Shown here: in pieces, positions 9,191 through 17,879 of the stretch
Layout: every line of letters starts with the position of its first letter
How positions within the stretch are numbered: the stretch's first letter is position 1
Assembly: GCA_965215505.1 (NCBI GenBank)
Contig: OZ244065.1
Span: 1,216,001 to 1,280,000, forward strand
Length of the DNA: 64,000 nt
Direction of reading: 5' to 3'
Origin: Capsulimonadaceae bacterium
GTDB lineage: Bacteria; Armatimonadota; Armatimonadia; Armatimonadales; Capsulimonadaceae
The notes under the pieces: model-generated
Databases searched by the model: none
What the model saw: the letters and a program-made list of their open reading frames with translations, nothing else
What the model was told of the DNA's origin: nothing
Program-made: the position numbers and the translations under genes

Positions 9191-10087
9191 ATGGAAAACG
9201 TACTCTGCGAGAAGCGAGCTGAATTGACCACCCTCCTGGATCGCCTGACCGTCTCCGATGGGACATACCCGACTGCGATCACCCCCCTGACTCTGTACCG
9301 GCTGTCGGCCCCATCACCGCCGGCCCACGGCGTTCAAAGGCCGACTTTCTGCATGGTCGCCCAGGGCAGCAAATTAGCCATACTCGGGGAAGAGGCCCAC
9401 CTACACGACCCGTCACGCTATCTGCTCCTCTCGGTTGACCTGCCGATCATGGCACAGGTGGTTGAGGCGTCACCCGAAGAACCGTACTTAGGGTTTTGCC
9501 TGGACATTGACCCGCGCCAGATCAGCGCCCTGCTTCTGGAAATGGATGTGCCGAAGGCGGATGGGACATCCACGCGCGGTATGTCGTTGTGCCGGACGGA
9601 TGCGCCGCTGCTTGATGCCGTGGTGCGCCTCCTGCGCCTGCTGGACACGCCGAAGGACGTTCCCGCGCTGGCCCCGCTGGCCCAACGCGAGATCCTGTAC
9701 CGCCTGCTCACCGGCGAACAGGGCGCGCGACTGCGCCAGATCGCCGTCAGTAACAGCCTGACCCAGCGGGTCGCGCGAGCGATTGAGTGGATCAAGCACC
9801 ATTACGCCGAGCCGCTGCATATAGAGACCATCGCGCAGGAGGTGTGCATGAGTACGTCGGGGCTGCACCACCACTTCAAGGCCGTCACCGCCCTCAGCCC
9901 GCTCCAGTACCAGAAGCATCTGCGCCTCCAGGAAGCGCGCCGCCTGATGGTGTACGACTCGCTCGACGCCGCGACGGCAGGCTACCGCGTCGGCTACCAG
10001 AGTCCATCCCAATTCAGCCGCGAGTACAGCCGCCTGTTCGGTGCGCCGCCCCTGCGCGACATCGGGCGGCTACGGAACGCCTCTTAG
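9191..10087 (+). CDS. AraC-family regulator (YqhC-like)
   Basis: VAQGSK N-terminal domain; SPLQYQKHLRLQEARRL and GYQSPSQFSREY. Confidence 0.93.
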   Translation: MENVLCEKRAELTTLLDRLTVSDGTYPTAITPLTLYRLSAPSPPAHGVQRPTFCMVAQGSKLAILGEEAHLHDPSRYLLLSVDLPIMAQVVEASPEEPYLGFCLDIDPRQISALLLEMDVPKADGTSTRGMSLCRTDAPLLDAVVRLLRLLDTPKDVPALAPLAQREILYRLLTGEQGARLRQIAVSNSLTQRVARAIEWIKHHYAEPLHIETIAQEVCMSTSGLHHHFKAVTALSPLQYQKHLRLQEARRLMVYDSLDAATAGYRVGYQSPSQFSREYSRLFGAPPLRDIGRLRNAS

Positions 10088-10522
10088 GAGACGATTCATC
10101 GCGCCCATTTCCCCTGCCGCGCCCTCTTCCCCTGCCGTCTTTCCTTTGGCTGCCGCATTCATGCGGTTGACAGCAATAGTCTCCTTGTTCTGTGCTGCCC
10201 ACAAATGAAGGGGCACCAGCGCCCCTCGTAATGTCTGCCCGAGTTGGGTCAGCTCATAGTCCACACGCGGCGGCACCGAGGGGAATAGGGTGCGCGTGAC
10301 GATGCCATCTGTCTCCAGTCGCTTCAGAGTCAGCGTGAGCATGCGCTGCGAGATACCGCCGACACGCCGCTCGATCTCGTTATAGCGCAATGGCCCCTTG
10401 GACAGTGTCCCGACGACCATGATGGTCCACTTGTCGCCGATAGTCGCCAGCACGTCGGCAAGACCCTTGCAATCGGTGGCGGACAGAGAACCGTCAGGAA
10501 CAGAAATGTTCGTTTCGCTCAT
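10070..10522 (-). CDS. HxlR-family winged-helix regulator
   Basis: IGDKWT, GISQRMLTLTLKRLE, PPRVDYELT; N-terminal Cys. Confidence 0.92.
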   Translation of the reverse strand: MSETNISVPDGSLSATDCKGLADVLATIGDKWTIMVVGTLSKGPLRYNEIERRVGGISQRMLTLTLKRLETDGIVTRTLFPSVPPRVDYELTQLGQTLRGALVPLHLWAAQNKETIAVNRMNAAAKGKTAGEEGAAGEMGAMNRLLRGVP

Positions 10523-10631
10523 AAAAGTGCCTTCTTGTAAAAGATCATTGTACCTACTATAATAGCGCTACGAACGAATTGTTCGTGCGGTCCCAATCCA
10601 GAAAAGTAGACGCTGCAACCGATGAAAGGAC

Positions 10632-11255
10632 ATGATCATGCCAAAACTTCTCGTTGTCGAGGCAAGCCCACGGGGAGAGTACTCGATCTCCCGCAACCTC
10701 GCGAAAACCTTTGTCGAGCAATGGAAGATCGCACACCCGGATGGCGGAATCGTTGAGCGCGATCTCGCAAAGAGTGATCTGCCCTATGTGAATCTGCCCT
10801 GGCTGGGAGCCAGCCTGACGCCTGCGGAGAAGCACACTCCTGAGATGAAGGACGTGCTTCGGGTGTCCGACGAGCTTGTCGCCGAACTCCTGGCCGCAGA
10901 TCACATCGCGATCAGCACCCCGGTCTACAACTACAACATCCCCGCAAACCTGAAGTCTTATGTGGACCACATCGTCCGCAAGGGGCTGACGCTGGGCATG
11001 ACGGGCGAGGGCCTGGTTCATGGCAAAAGATGCACGATCCTCATGGCTTCGGGCGGCGTTTACACGGAGGGTTCGCCGATCCGCGACCGGGACATCGCAA
11101 CGATGTACCTGCGCCTGATTCTCAAGGTGATTGGCATTGAGGATGTCACATTTGTCGCGGCTGGCGGAAGCAAGGCCGTTGACCTCGGAGAAAAATCGCG
11201 AGCCGAGTTTCTCCAGACGTTTGAACCAGCAGTCACGTCTGCCGCGCAGTCGTAA
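10632..11255 (+). CDS. azoR: FMN-dependent NADH azoreductase/quinone reductase
   Basis: [33 protein letters not shown]. Confidence 0.9.
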   Translation: MIMPKLLVVEASPRGEYSISRNLAKTFVEQWKIAHPDGGIVERDLAKSDLPYVNLPWLGASLTPAEKHTPEMKDVLRVSDELVAELLAADHIAISTPVYNYNIPANLKSYVDHIVRKGLTLGMTGEGLVHGKRCTILMASGGVYTEGSPIRDRDIATMYLRLILKVIGIEDVTFVAAGGSKAVDLGEKSRAEFLQTFEPAVTSAAQS

Positions 11256-11379
11256 TCGGGCGCTTGAAGAAGCGGTCGCTCGGTATTGGCGTGGTGCTGA
11301 CTCTCGATAGCAAAAAAGCCCGGCTCTCTGGTGAGTGGCCGGGCCACGCCGTTTTAAGGGGGCGCGATGGATCGCACCC

Positions 11380-11853
11380 TCACGGCAGGCGCAGGTATAC
11401 CTCTTCCGACTCCGGCGCGGCATAGGCGATCTCCCAGGGCACGAAACCGAGGCCGGTGTAGAGCCGTGCCGCCGCCGCGTTCTCGCGCAGATGGCTGGTC
11501 GCGATGATCTCCGCCTCGGGGGTCAGCCGCAGACGGCGGATCACCTCGATCATCGCGGCCCGCCCATACCCTTTCCCCTGATGCGCCCGGTCTATCATCA
11601 GGCGCGTGATGAACCCCACCCCCGCCGCCATCTCAATCATCGTGAAGCCGACCATCGGGACCGGCGGGTCTTCCTCGAAGCCACGGGCGGCTGCGTTGTA
11701 GACCGCTAGGGGCCTCATGTTCGGGTTGACGTATGCCTCCGCCAGCGACTTGGCGTTGGAGGCGACTAGGCCCGCTTGGGCATCCTCAACCTGAAGAGCG
11801 AGGCATTCGCGGTAGTTGGCGAGCGTGACGGGGCGCAAATTGACTTCAGCCAT
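11380..11853 (-). CDS. GNAT acetyltransferase (BltD-like)
   Basis: RLMIDRAHQGKGYG, NAAAARLY. Confidence 0.9.
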   Translation of the reverse strand: MAEVNLRPVTLANYRECLALQVEDAQAGLVASNAKSLAEAYVNPNMRPLAVYNAAARGFEEDPPVPMVGFTMIEMAAGVGFITRLMIDRAHQGKGYGRAAMIEVIRRLRLTPEAEIIATSHLRENAAAARLYTGLGFVPWEIAYAAPESEEVYLRLP

Positions 11854-11893
11854 GCGTTTATTCCTCTCCAGTTGGGGTATACTGTCTCCGATA

Positions 11894-11909
11894 TTTAACC
11901 GGGGTTAAA
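11894..11909. promoter_or_regulatory. Putative MntR/DtxR operator
   Basis: Palindrome TTTAACC-GG-GGTTAAA overlapping a TAAAAT -10 upstream of mntR-mntH. Confidence 0.65.
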
Positions 11910-11931
11910 ATAAAGATTAACGCGAGGCAAT

Positions 11932-12597
11932 ATGCACACCGCCGCCGTGGAAGATTACGTCAAGACGATCTATAAGCTGCAAACGCAGACCGAGACGGTT
12001 TCGACCTCGGCCCTAGCCGAGCGGACCGGGACGACAGCCGCCGCCGTGACCAAGATGCTCAAGCACCTGGCGCAGCTTCATCTGGTCTCCTATACCCCGT
12101 ATCATGGCGTCCGCCTTTCCCCGATGGGTGAGAAGATCGCCCTGGAAGTGATCCGGCATCACCGGCTGCTGGAACTGTATCTGGCGCAGGCAATGGGCTA
12201 CTCCTGGGACCAGGTGGACGCCGAGGCGGAGAAGCTGGAACACGTCATTTCCGAGGAGTTCGAGGAGCGGATCGACACCCTCCTGGGCCATCCCCGCACC
12301 TGCCCGCACGGTGACCCCATCCCCGGCCCCGACGGCACACTGGTGGAGGAGCGCCTGCGCTCCCTCAGCGAGTGCTTGCCGGGCGAGGTCGTCGCCATCG
12401 CCCGCGTCAAGGACACCGACGCCGCCGTGCTGCGCGCGCTGACCGCCCGCGTCATGCGCCTGGAGACGGTGATCGCGGTCCTGGACCGGGACAGCATTGA
12501 CGGCCTGCTGACCGTCCAGGTGGGCGACCAGCGGCACGTCCTCGGCCCCGCCCTGGCCGGCAGCGTCTTCGTCACTGCACCGAACAAGAACAAGTAA
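11932..12597 (+). CDS. mntR: DtxR/MntR metal-dependent repressor
   Basis: EDYVKTIY, RHHRLLELYL, EAEKLEH, CPHGDPIP, FeoA-like C-terminus. Confidence 0.9.
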   Translation: MHTAAVEDYVKTIYKLQTQTETVSTSALAERTGTTAAAVTKMLKHLAQLHLVSYTPYHGVRLSPMGEKIALEVIRHHRLLELYLAQAMGYSWDQVDAEAEKLEHVISEEFEERIDTLLGHPRTCPHGDPIPGPDGTLVEERLRSLSECLPGEVVAIARVKDTDAAVLRALTARVMRLETVIAVLDRDSIDGLLTVQVGDQRHVLGPALAGSVFVTAPNKNK

Positions 12598-12606
12598 GAA
12601 GTACCA

Positions 12607-13977
12607 ATGGACGCCATCGAAGAAACATATCCACCGCCCACAGGAACGTCGCAGGGCTGGCGCGGGCCGGTCCAGCGGAACAGCCTGCCGGAAGTCTTTC
12701 AGTCCATCGCCGTGCCCAGGGACGCGAGTTCGTGGCGGCGGTTCCTGGCCTTTTTCGGGCCGGGCTACCTGATCGCCGTCGGCTACATGGACCCCGGCAA
12801 CTGGGCGACGGACATCAGCGGCGGCTCGGTCTACAGCTACCGGCTGCTGTCGGTCATCCTGATCGCCAACTTCACGGCCATCTTCTTGCAGGCCCTGGCC
12901 GCGAAGCTCGGGCTTGTCACGGGGCGCGATCTTGCCCAGGCCTGCCGGGACTCGTACAGCAGGCCGGTTTCCCTCTTCCTCTGGCTCTCCGCCGAGGTCG
13001 GCATCGTGGCCTGCGACGTGGCCGAGGTCATCGGGGCGGGCATCGCGCTCAATCTGCTGTTCCATATCCCCCTCATCATCGGGTGCGCCCTGACGGCCCT
13101 GGACGTGCTGGCGGTACTGGCCTTGCAAGGGAAGGGCTTCCGCTATGTCGAGGCGCTGGTCATCACGCTCATCGGCACGATGATGGTCATCTTCACCATC
13201 GAGATGGTCTACGCCCGGCCCGCCTGGTTCGGCGTCCTGGCCGGGTTCGTGCCGCACGCGGAGATCGTCACGGACCCGGCCATGCTCTACATCGCGCTTG
13301 GGATTTTGGGCGCGACGGTCATGCCGCACAACCTGTATTTGCATTCGTCTATCGTCCAGACACGGCGCATCGGGACCGAGGCGAAGGAGATCAAGGGCGC
13401 GATCCAGAGTTCCTACCTCGACTCGACGGTCGCCCTGATGCTGGCCCTGTTCGTCAACGCCGCCATTCTGATCCTCGCCGCCGCCGTCTTCTACAAGCAC
13501 GGGCACCACGAGGTCGGCGACATCCAGGGAGCCTACAAGATGCTGACGCCGCTGATGGGCGTCGGGATCGCCACGCCGCTGTTCGCAATCGCCCTGCTGG
13601 CGTCAGGCCAGAATTCGACGCTGACCGGGACGATGGCGGGGCAGGTGATATTGGAAGGCTTCACGCACTACCAGATTCCGGCCTGGCTGCGGCGGCTGAT
13701 CTCCCGGATGCTTGCCATCGTCCCGACCCTCTTCATCGTCGGCCTCTACGGCATGTCGGGCACGGGAAAGCTCCTGATCTTCAGCCAGGTGGTGCTGTCG
13801 GTGCAACTCTCCTTCGCCGTCATCCCGCTCGTACAGTTCACCGGGGACCGGCTGAAGATGGGGCAGTTCGCGAACGGCTGGGCGACGAAGGCGATCGGCT
13901 GGACGCTGGCCGTCATCATCTTCGGGCTGAACTCGTACCTGGTCTACAAGACGTTCGTCCCGGACGGCGCGCATTAG
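12607..13977 (+). CDS. mntH: Nramp Mn2+ transporter
   Basis: GYMDPGNW, GATVMPHNLYLHS, GQNSTLTGTMAGQ. Confidence 0.96.
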   Translation: MDAIEETYPPPTGTSQGWRGPVQRNSLPEVFQSIAVPRDASSWRRFLAFFGPGYLIAVGYMDPGNWATDISGGSVYSYRLLSVILIANFTAIFLQALAAKLGLVTGRDLAQACRDSYSRPVSLFLWLSAEVGIVACDVAEVIGAGIALNLLFHIPLIIGCALTALDVLAVLALQGKGFRYVEALVITLIGTMMVIFTIEMVYARPAWFGVLAGFVPHAEIVTDPAMLYIALGILGATVMPHNLYLHSSIVQTRRIGTEAKEIKGAIQSSYLDSTVALMLALFVNAAILILAAAVFYKHGHHEVGDIQGAYKMLTPLMGVGIATPLFAIALLASGQNSTLTGTMAGQVILEGFTHYQIPAWLRRLISRMLAIVPTLFIVGLYGMSGTGKLLIFSQVVLSVQLSFAVIPLVQFTGDRLKMGQFANGWATKAIGWTLAVIIFGLNSYLVYKTFVPDGAH

Positions 13978-14054
13978 CAGGGCGCATTAATACCCGTTTG
14001 CGCCTGCCTGCCACCTGGGTACTGTGTCCCTAACGTACAGGAGGACTTCCCTTA

Positions 14055-14927
14055 ATGGCTCTGCAAACGATCTATGCGCTCTTCCAGGATGTCGCCGACG
14101 CGGAGCGCGCCATCGGCGCGCTCCAGGACCACGGCGTCCCGGCCGCGAACATCGGCGTCGCCACCCGCCGCCCCGCCGAGCAGGACGAGGCGGGCCGCAT
14201 CCACACCGGCTTCACCCGGCTGACCGATAACGACTCCGTCCGGTTGGGTGAGCCGGAGGTGGCTTATGTGCCCCAGCCGGGGACCCTGCCGCCCGCCGCC
14301 CTCGCCGGGACCGTCACCCCGGCAAGCGCGGTGGACACGCCGCTGAACGTCGCGACGGTCGGCAAGGAAGGCATCACGACGACGACGCCCCAAGACGCTG
14401 CCGCGGGCGCGGCCGTCGGCAGCGGGGTCGGGCTGGTGGCGGGGATTCTGGCCGCCGCCGCCGCGCTGACCATTCCCGGCTTCGGGCTGGTGCTGGGCGG
14501 CGGGGTGCTTGCCGCCGCCTTCGGCGCGACGGCCGCCACGGCGGCGGCGGGCGCGGCGGTCGGCGGCGTCACCGGCTATCTGCGGGACATGGGGATGTCG
14601 GAGCAGGCGGCGACCAGCGTCCACGACCGGCTGGCCGAGGGCGATTATCTGCTGACGGCGACCGTGGACCCCACGCGCTACGACGACATCAAGATGCTCC
14701 TCCAGAAGTACAACGCCGTGGGCGTTGACATCAACGTCAGCGCGGCGGGCGAGACGATCACAGACGCTCGCGGCGGCGACTCCCTGACCACCCACCCGGC
14801 CGTGCCGACACCCTCCTGGGAAGCTCCGGCAGTTTCTGCCACGCACGCCGTCGGCGAAACACCGGACGAGGCGCTGGCGCGGGAGGAAGCGGCGCGGGCC
14901 AGTGGGGCGCGCACCTACGGGTCTTAG
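14055..14927 (+). CDS. General-stress-like membrane protein
   Basis: ALFQDVADAERAIGALQDHG N-terminus and Gly/Ala-zipper TM pair; GGAGGA RBS. Confidence 0.7.
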   Translation: MALQTIYALFQDVADAERAIGALQDHGVPAANIGVATRRPAEQDEAGRIHTGFTRLTDNDSVRLGEPEVAYVPQPGTLPPAALAGTVTPASAVDTPLNVATVGKEGITTTTPQDAAAGAAVGSGVGLVAGILAAAAALTIPGFGLVLGGGVLAAAFGATAATAAAGAAVGGVTGYLRDMGMSEQAATSVHDRLAEGDYLLTATVDPTRYDDIKMLLQKYNAVGVDINVSAAGETITDARGGDSLTTHPAVPTPSWEAPAVSATHAVGETPDEALAREEAARASGARTYGS

Positions 14928-14953
14928 ACGCGAGGCACAGACCGACGGTGAGG

Positions 14954-15024
14954 AGGGCGGACACAGGGGTCCGCCCCTACGGGCGCAGGCCTTGTCTGTA
15001 GGGGCGCACCTGCGTGTGCGCCCT
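14954..15024. repeat. Inverted pair of GTAG REP elements
   Basis: AGGGCGGACACAGGGGTCCGCCCCTAC ... GTAGGGGCGCACCTGCGTGTGCGCCCT. Confidence 0.8.
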
Positions 15025-15113
15025 TCCTCGCGTGTGCGCCCTCTCGCCTCCAATCCTGCCCTGCATCTGCCTCCTTATTGACCTCCCTCCCCGTTTCCGG
15101 TTATAATGGCCCT

Positions 15114-15782
15114 ATGGCCGCTGTCTTCCCCCCGCTCCGCGCCGTGCTGTTCGATCTGGACGGCACGCTCATCGAAACCCACATTGATTTTCCGGCCATG
15201 ACGCGCGACATGGAGCGGCTGGCGCGGGCGGCGGATGTCCCCGAAAAGATCACGGCGGGGAAAGACATCCTGGGCCTGGTGGACGCGGCGTCCGAGGATG
15301 TGAAGGCGCGCGGCGGCGACGGCCCGGCCCTGCGGCGGGCGGCGTTCGCAAGGCTGGAAGAGCTGGAAGTCGCGGGCTGCGCGCGCCCCGCCCTGCTGGC
15401 CGGGACGCGCGAGACGCTGACGGCACTGCTGGAGAAGGGAATCAAGGTCGGCATCGTCACCCGCAACTGCCGCTGCGTCTCAGTCGGCCTGCTGGCGCGG
15501 TTCGCCCTACCTCACCACCTGCTGCTGACGCGCGACGATGTGGCCCGGACGAAGCCGAACCCAGAACATCTGTGGGAGGCCCTGCGCCTGCTCGGCGAGG
15601 CACCCGAAGCTACTGCGATGGTCGGCGACCACTGGATGGACGTTCAGGCGGGGGTTCGCGCCGGCTGCGCGGCGACATTGGGCGTGCTGGGCCGGCACGA
15701 CGCCGAATGGTTCGCCCCCTGCCCTCCCACGGCAACGGCGCGCGACCTGGCCGAATCCGCATTTCTGTTCGGTCTGGCCTGA
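15114..15782 (+). CDS. HAD-family hydrolase
   Basis: FDLDGTL, VTRN, KPNP, MVGD. Confidence 0.92.
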   Translation: MAAVFPPLRAVLFDLDGTLIETHIDFPAMTRDMERLARAADVPEKITAGKDILGLVDAASEDVKARGGDGPALRRAAFARLEELEVAGCARPALLAGTRETLTALLEKGIKVGIVTRNCRCVSVGLLARFALPHHLLLTRDDVARTKPNPEHLWEALRLLGEAPEATAMVGDHWMDVQAGVRAGCAATLGVLGRHDAEWFAPCPPTATARDLAESAFLFGLA

Positions 15783-15785
15783 CCC

Positions 15786-16640
15786 ATGCTGTTGTCCGTC
15801 TGCATTGTGAACTGGAACACGCGGGACTATCTGCGCGAATGCCTGACGGCACTCGGCCAATACCCGCCCGCCGGGGCGGACATGGAAATCATCGTCGTAG
15901 ACAATGCCAGCAGTGACGGCTCGGCGGCGATGGCGGCCTCCGAATTCCCTGCCATCTCACTCATTGGGAACTCCGACAACAAGGGCTATGCCGAGGGCAA
16001 CAACCAGGCTTTAGAGAAGGCGGCGGGCGACTTCCTGCTGCTCCTGAACCCGGACGTTGTCGTCCATCCCAAGAGCCTGACGCGCGCCCTGGCTTTCATG
16101 GCAGATCACCCCGACGCGGGCGCGCTGGGCTGCCGCCTGATTGGTAAGGACGGCGAGACACAACGGTCGGTGCGCGGCTTCCCAGACCCCGGCCCGGTCC
16201 TGTGGGATGCGTCCGGCCTGTCGCGCCTGTTCCCGCGCTCGCGCCTCTTCGGGGCGTACCGGATGACGTTTTTCGATTACGACCGTGTCTCGGAAGTAGA
16301 CCAGCCGATGGGATCGTTCCTGCTGCTCACGCGCGCCGCGCTGGACAAAGTCGGACTGCTTGACCCGCAGTTCCCGATCTTCTTCAACGAGGTGGACTGG
16401 TGCTGGCGGGCCAAGCGCGAACACGGCTTCCCGATCTACTACACGCCGGATGTCGTCGTGACGCACTACGGCGGGAGCAGCACACGGCAGGTGAAGGCCG
16501 CCATGGTGCGCGAGTCGCATCGGTCGCTGCTGCGCTTCTACGACAAGCACTACGCCCGCCTCGCGCCGCCGGTCAGGTGGCTGATTCGCGGGGCGGTGCT
16601 GTTAAACGAGTGGCGGCTGACGCGCCGGGCAAGGGAATAG
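15786..16640 (+). CDS. GT2 glycosyltransferase (WbbL-like)
   Basis: IVNWNT, VVDNASSDGS, LLNPD, FFNEVDWC. Confidence 0.93.
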   Translation: MLLSVCIVNWNTRDYLRECLTALGQYPPAGADMEIIVVDNASSDGSAAMAASEFPAISLIGNSDNKGYAEGNNQALEKAAGDFLLLLNPDVVVHPKSLTRALAFMADHPDAGALGCRLIGKDGETQRSVRGFPDPGPVLWDASGLSRLFPRSRLFGAYRMTFFDYDRVSEVDQPMGSFLLLTRAALDKVGLLDPQFPIFFNEVDWCWRAKREHGFPIYYTPDVVVTHYGGSSTRQVKAAMVRESHRSLLRFYDKHYARLAPPVRWLIRGAVLLNEWRLTRRARE

Positions 16641-16644
16641 CTCG

Positions 16645-16929
16645 ATGCGTCACGATATCAAGTACAAAATCTGGCCGATTGGCTCCCAGGGCGTGTGGAG
16701 GCGTGGGAGCCTCATCGAATTGCTTCTTGACGTTCCGCACTTCCGATTGGCTAGGGATGGAGGCACTCTACCCGCGCTCACGGGGATGAACCAGGTTCTG
16801 GCGCAAGGCATAAGTGATGCCGGGATGAGTGGCCGTTGTGAATGGACTCCGCTCCAGCTTTCTGAAGATGAGTATCAGGAAGTAGTACTTGAGTTGCTAA
16901 CTGAACCCGGCACGAATTTCCATCTATGA
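16645..16929 (+). CDS. Hypothetical protein
   Basis: 94-aa lower-GC ORF filling the gap between two GT2 genes; its stop overlaps the next ATG. Confidence 0.55.
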   Translation: MRHDIKYKIWPIGSQGVWRRGSLIELLLDVPHFRLARDGGTLPALTGMNQVLAQGISDAGMSGRCEWTPLQLSEDEYQEVVLELLTEPGTNFHL

Positions 16930-17879
16930 ACGACATCGCCGTCATCATCGTCAACTGGAACGCGCAGGAGGACCTGCGGCGCTGCCTGCACTCGCTCTAC
17001 GCCGACCCGCTGCCGCGGGCGGCCTATGAGGTCTGGGTAGTGGATAACGCCAGCAGTGACGGCTCGGCGGAGATGGTCGCCTCGGAGTTCCCGCAGGCGC
17101 GGCTCATCGCCAATACGGACAACGCGGGATTCTCCAAGGCAAACAATCAGGCCATCGCACGGACGGAGAGCCGGTACGTCTTCCTGCTGAACTCCGACGC
17201 CTTTATCCACGCTGGCGCATTAGACCAGCTTGTCGTGTATGCCGACGCGCACCCGAAGGCGGGGATCGTCGGGCCGAAGGTGCTGAACTCCAACGGCTCC
17301 ATCCAGTTCTCGTGCCGCCGGTTCCCCTCGCTTGGCGCGGGCTTCTTCCGCAACACCTACCTTGGGCGGCTGTTCCCGCACAACAAGTTCGCCCGCGACT
17401 ACTTGATGGTCGGGTTTGACCATGCGAGCGACATCACTGTGGACTGGGTTTCGGGCTGTGCCATGCTGATCCGGCGCGAGCTGTTAGAAATGATCGGGGC
17501 GCTGGATGAGCGGTTTTACATGTACTGCGAAGACGTAGACCTCTGCCAGCGTGCCTGGGAAGGCGGCTGGGAAGTGGTCTACGCGCACCAGCCCGTGGTC
17601 ACGCACGCCATCGGCCGGTCGAGCGACAAGAACGGCGACCGGATGATCATCGAGTTCCACCGCTCCTGGTACGAGTACGACCGGAAGCGGCACCCGAAGG
17701 CGTCGCTCCTGCGCCGCGCGGCCGTCTACTCGGGCCTGTGGCTGCGGGCCGCCGTCCGCATCGCCAAGCGGCGGGCTTCCGCCCGGCACCACGCGGGGCG
17801 GGCACGGGCAGCCTCGCGCGAGTCAGCTATAGCGGTCAAGACGACCGTAGCAGGCGGTGGGGATCAGGGCAACCCATGA
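16926..17879 (+). CDS. GT2 glycosyltransferase (WbbL-like)
   Basis: IVNWN, VVDNASSDGS, DWVSGC, MYCEDVDLC. Confidence 0.93.
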   Translation: MNDIAVIIVNWNAQEDLRRCLHSLYADPLPRAAYEVWVVDNASSDGSAEMVASEFPQARLIANTDNAGFSKANNQAIARTESRYVFLLNSDAFIHAGALDQLVVYADAHPKAGIVGPKVLNSNGSIQFSCRRFPSLGAGFFRNTYLGRLFPHNKFARDYLMVGFDHASDITVDWVSGCAMLIRRELLEMIGALDERFYMYCEDVDLCQRAWEGGWEVVYAHQPVVTHAIGRSSDKNGDRMIIEFHRSWYEYDRKRHPKASLLRRAAVYSGLWLRAAVRIAKRRASARHHAGRARAASRESAIAVKTTVAGGGDQGNP

